A program made the translations under genes and the position numbers. Source: a virus (taxonomy: Duplodnaviria; Heunggongvirae; Uroviricota; Caudoviricetes). Taken from it: a DNA stretch of 7,567 bases. Below, piece by piece: positions 6,707 to 7,567 of the stretch; the stretch's first letter is position 1; each line of letters begins with the position of its first letter. The DNA lies in the IMG/VR virus record IMGVR_UViG_2690316028_000015. One strand, written 5' to 3'. The notes beneath the pieces were generated by a model. It was not told the DNA's origin. It made no database searches and worked only from the letters and a program-made list of their open reading frames with translations.

Positions 6707-7091
6707 ACAGGCTCGTGAGGCTCTGGATGCCTGGATATGTCGACCAGGAATGACACAGGAGCAGGCGACGATATTAATCACTGAAGCATTCTGGGCTTTG
6801 AAAGAGCGCCCGAACATCGATGTTCAGCGTGTCACAGATGAAGGTGGCGCGGTTGATCAGCGAGCGCTTGGCGTTAATCGAGTGAAGATATTCGAACGCT
6901 GGAAGGCTATCGACACTAGGGATAAGCGTGAAAAGTTCACGGCGCTAGTGCCTGCAATTATGGAGGCTACAGCGAGATCCATTCTGGGTAAAAAACATCA
7001 TGAGCCCGTCAAAACTCCGCGAAAAATGGGACGAACTGGTCATCCGCTTGGGACGTTCACCTGTACAGCGTTGTGTGAATCATATTTCTGA
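6690..7091 (+). CDS. Hypothetical early-right protein in the cII/YdaT position (133 aa)
   Basis: ATG at 6690 overlaps the dicC 3' end by 17 nt. The position immediately after the cro-like gene is as in Rac ydaS-ydaT. No motif I can name. Confidence 0.6.
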   Translation: MKITPEQAREALDAWICRPGMTQEQATILITEAFWALKERPNIDVQRVTDEGGAVDQRALGVNRVKIFERWKAIDTRDKREKFTALVPAIMEATARSILGKKHHEPVKTPRKMGRTGHPLGTFTCTALCESYF

Positions 7092-7168
7092 ACCGGATAC
7101 AGAAATTCCGCCTGGTTTCAGGGGATAAGTGTTGATTTCAGGTCATGAGGTAATTTTAAGGAGGACTT

Positions 7169-7567
7169 GTGGCAAAAGTTTTTACACAGGAAGAGCGGGA
7201 AAAAATTAAAGAGCAGGTGGTCGAACTTGTGCGCCAGAGCGGTCGCGAGACATTACGACAGTTGGAAGCTAAAACAGGTGCGACAAGATATCTGATGAGC
7301 ATTCTTGCCAGAGAGCTGGTTGCCAGTGGTTATGTATACAACTCCGGCTACGGGTTATTCCCGTCTGAACAGGCACGAAAGGACTGGCAAAATGCCCGCA
7401 AAAAACTCTCTAGGGCGAAGGTGAAGAAACCCGCTGTGGTTGATCCGGACCTTATCTGGTCACTACCTGATGGAGAAATACGTCGCTACGACAGTCGTCT
7501 AAACATAATCTGTCGCGAGTGCCGGAAGAGCGAAGTTATGCAGCGCATACTGGCATTTTATCAGTGA
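7169..7567 (+). CDS. Hypothetical protein (132 aa), possible winged-helix DNA-binding protein; GTG start
   Basis: GTG at 7169 is preceded by AAGGAGGA at 7158-7165. Complete ORF ending with TGA at the window edge. Basic C-terminal half with a CRECRK motif. Confidence 0.6.
   Translation: MAKVFTQEEREKIKEQVVELVRQSGRETLRQLEAKTGATRYLMSILARELVASGYVYNSGYGLFPSEQARKDWQNARKKLSRAKVKKPAVVDPDLIWSLPDGEIRRYDSRLNIICRECRKSEVMQRILAFYQ

Larger units (their letters stand above)
1..7567. mobile_element. Segment of an integrated lambdoid prophage (Qin/dicB-type): integration module, leftward early operon, immunity region and start of the rightward early operon
   Basis: Gene order int-xis-exonuclease-accessory genes-repressor-cro-like with divergent transcription around a repressor flanked by repeated operators. 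The int 3' end lies at the left edge, so attL would be just outside the window. Confidence 0.8.

Noticed and set aside
6602-6817. Minus-strand 71-aa ORF spanning the dicC to 133-aa ORF junction
   Set aside because: Antisense to two co-oriented genes with good start signals; no RBS; likely spurious.
1-7567. CRISPR arrays, rRNA or tRNA genes, IS elements with terminal inverted repeats
   Set aside because: No regularly spaced direct repeats, no rRNA- or tRNA-like segments, and no transposase ORF or terminal inverted repeats were seen anywhere in the window.

Overview
This window looks like the left arm and immunity region of a lambdoid prophage of the Qin/dicB type (Enterobacteriaceae), with no clearly novel multi-gene system visible. 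Reading left to right: an integrase and excisionase (minus strand), an 823-aa multidomain exonuclease with a C-terminal DEDDh fold, then the leftward dicB-type operon (ydfD, dicB, the DicF sRNA, a structured leader, a 121-aa ORF, ydfA) driven from an operator/promoter region. A DicA-family repressor sits between two copies of the same palindromic operator, followed rightward by a dicC/cro-like gene and two early-right ORFs. Gene names are recognised from memory of E. coli K-12 Qin and need a BLAST check; the RBSs, overlaps, motifs and repeats are read directly from the sequence. The parts most worth follow-up are the intact exonuclease (disrupted in K-12, as I recall), an AT-rich small ORF antisense to the operon at 5103-5303, and a 121-aa ORF that may be the unsplit form of K-12 ydfB+ydfC.
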